The notes below the pieces were generated by a model. That model did no database searches. It was not told where the DNA came from and saw nothing but the letters and a program-made list of their open reading frames with translations. Of a DNA stretch of 37,867 nt, positions 36,929-37,867 are shown in pieces (within the stretch, counting starts at the first letter, position 1; each line of letters begins with the position of its first letter). The DNA lies in sequence record DRR723986_15041. The stretch is one strand, 5' to 3'. A program made the translations under genes and the position numbers.

Positions 36929-36957
36929 AAGTGTCAGACACTTCCAAGTGAATTATA
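36929..36957 (-). promoter_or_regulatory. Putative rsfS-argS promoter (-10 TATAAT) followed by a 15-bp palindrome
   Basis: TATAAT at 36957-36952 (minus strand); AAGTGTC-A-GACACTT at 36929-36943. Confidence 0.5.
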
Positions 36958-37033
36958 TCCGCCCAACGGTTTTGCTACTACCGTCGCCATTGCGGCCAAC
37001 ATTCTTGGCAGCAAATCCGCAGTCAGCTAGGCA

Positions 37034-37576
37034 TCAAACGGGCAGCGGCGGGGCTAGAGAGAATAGACGGCGGAGCATTTCCGCTGAACGATCATAGATC
37101 TCAGGATTTGAGCTACCGCGTGGCCCAGCCACGTTCAGCTTGCGAATCTCGCTATCCAGAATCCACCGAGCCACTTTGTCGAGGTTTACTTCCAGGTCGA
37201 GACGCACGCGATGCAGCGGCCGAGCTTGCTCTTTCGCGATTCGATTCGTCAACGCGGTCCCAGCAGTCATGCGATTCTCATACAGGATCAGTGTTCCATC
37301 GCTGTCGATGACATTCTGCCGCGTTCTGACGGCGTAGTCCGGCGACGACAATTCGTCGAGATTGTAATGGTCAGGAATCACACCATCTTCGGCTAGACGA
37401 CCTCTTGGACACCAACCACCGTGAGGGATCCCCATTGCGATCGCCACATCCAATGCTGCTCGATCGACACCCGTCTGTCCGCCCGAAACGATCAATTCAA
37501 TTCCAAGCGGATGCGCCTCATCCCTTGTCTTCAACGCCCACCCTCGCAAACCTGCCCAATCGATACCCACCGCCAA
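37034..37576 (-). CDS. Putative molybdenum carrier protein family (Rossmann-like, SLOG-related)
   Basis: IVSGGQTGVDRAALD, GGWCPRGR.AEDG, Y..RT..NV.DSDGTL, LNVAGPR; start TTG 37576 or GTG 37570. Confidence 0.9.
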   Translation of the reverse strand: MAVGIDWAGLRGWALKTRDEAHPLGIELIVSGGQTGVDRAALDVAIAMGIPHGGWCPRGRLAEDGVIPDHYNLDELSSPDYAVRTRQNVIDSDGTLILYENRMTAGTALTNRIAKEQARPLHRVRLDLEVNLDKVARWILDSEIRKLNVAGPRGSSNPEIYDRSAEMLRRLFSLAPPLPV

Positions 37577-37827
37577 GACTCCTTGGCGCGGACTTCATTA
37601 GACACGCACCTACACCACAAATCCAGAAGGCCCCTCGATATCGCAGCGTTGAGCAAAACTTCAGGCCAGTAGATCCCACGACAAGCCGCTCAGCGCCAAC
37701 CGCTTCTGCTGACACGCTTGCAGTGGCGGTGGCGGGACGCGCTCGTGCGGCTCCTACCGTGATCGGCAGGGCGGAAGCCGACGGTCTTTTGAACGAATTG
37801 CTGCATCAAATCCGATTCTGAGCGGAG

Positions 37828-37867
37828 CCCTCTCCCAGGCTGACGCCCGACCTCTCCCAGAGGGAGA
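37828..37867 (+). repeat. REP-like repeat, copy 3 (3'-truncated by window edge)
   Basis: CCCTCTCCCAGGCTGACGCCCGACCTCTCCCAGAGGGAGA, homologous to 129-168. Confidence 0.85.

Noticed and set aside
37405..37821. 138-aa + strand ORF near the right end
   Set aside because: Overlaps the antisense molybdenum-carrier gene and has no recognisable motifs
1..37867. Circular element or plasmid suggested by the 20-nt near-identical termini
   Set aside because: The overlap has a mismatch and lies in a multi-copy repeat; content is core chromosomal (argS, rnpB, hom) with no rep or integrase gene

Overview
A GC-rich bacterial chromosomal segment, very probably from a Planctomycete (Pirellulales-like). Supporting signs are a DUF1559 prepilin-type protein, DUF1570, two sulfatases, a Fae homologue, a Tat-exported Gfo/Idh/MocA protein and RFSLRxLL and NPYxxP motifs. 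It holds about 29 proteins, mostly housekeeping or metabolic (argS, rsfS, hom, ApgM-like, malic enzyme, TatD, DgkA, DapA-family). Two RNA genes lie outside the ORF track: RNase P RNA (10900-11325, +) and tRNA-Sec(UCA) (19029-19125, -). I found no integrase, transposase, prophage, CRISPR or defence system. Both window ends fall inside the same REP-like repeat, so this looks like a repeat-bounded contig. The best candidate for something undescribed is the gene-free, highly structured stretch at 230-720. It contains a ~170-nt rod-shaped RNA with a central bubble and a 6S-like alternative 3' hairpin, preceded by two phased palindromes, and it converges on an orphan ribbon-helix-helix gene. Other oddities are a solitary tRNA-Sec with a non-canonical acceptor/T junction, a Fae homologue lacking the catalytic His, a CorA-like protein lacking GMN, and the hom-apgM pairing (proposed homoserine kinase). 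All protein calls come from motif recognition by eye and all RNA folds were paired by hand; no searches were run.
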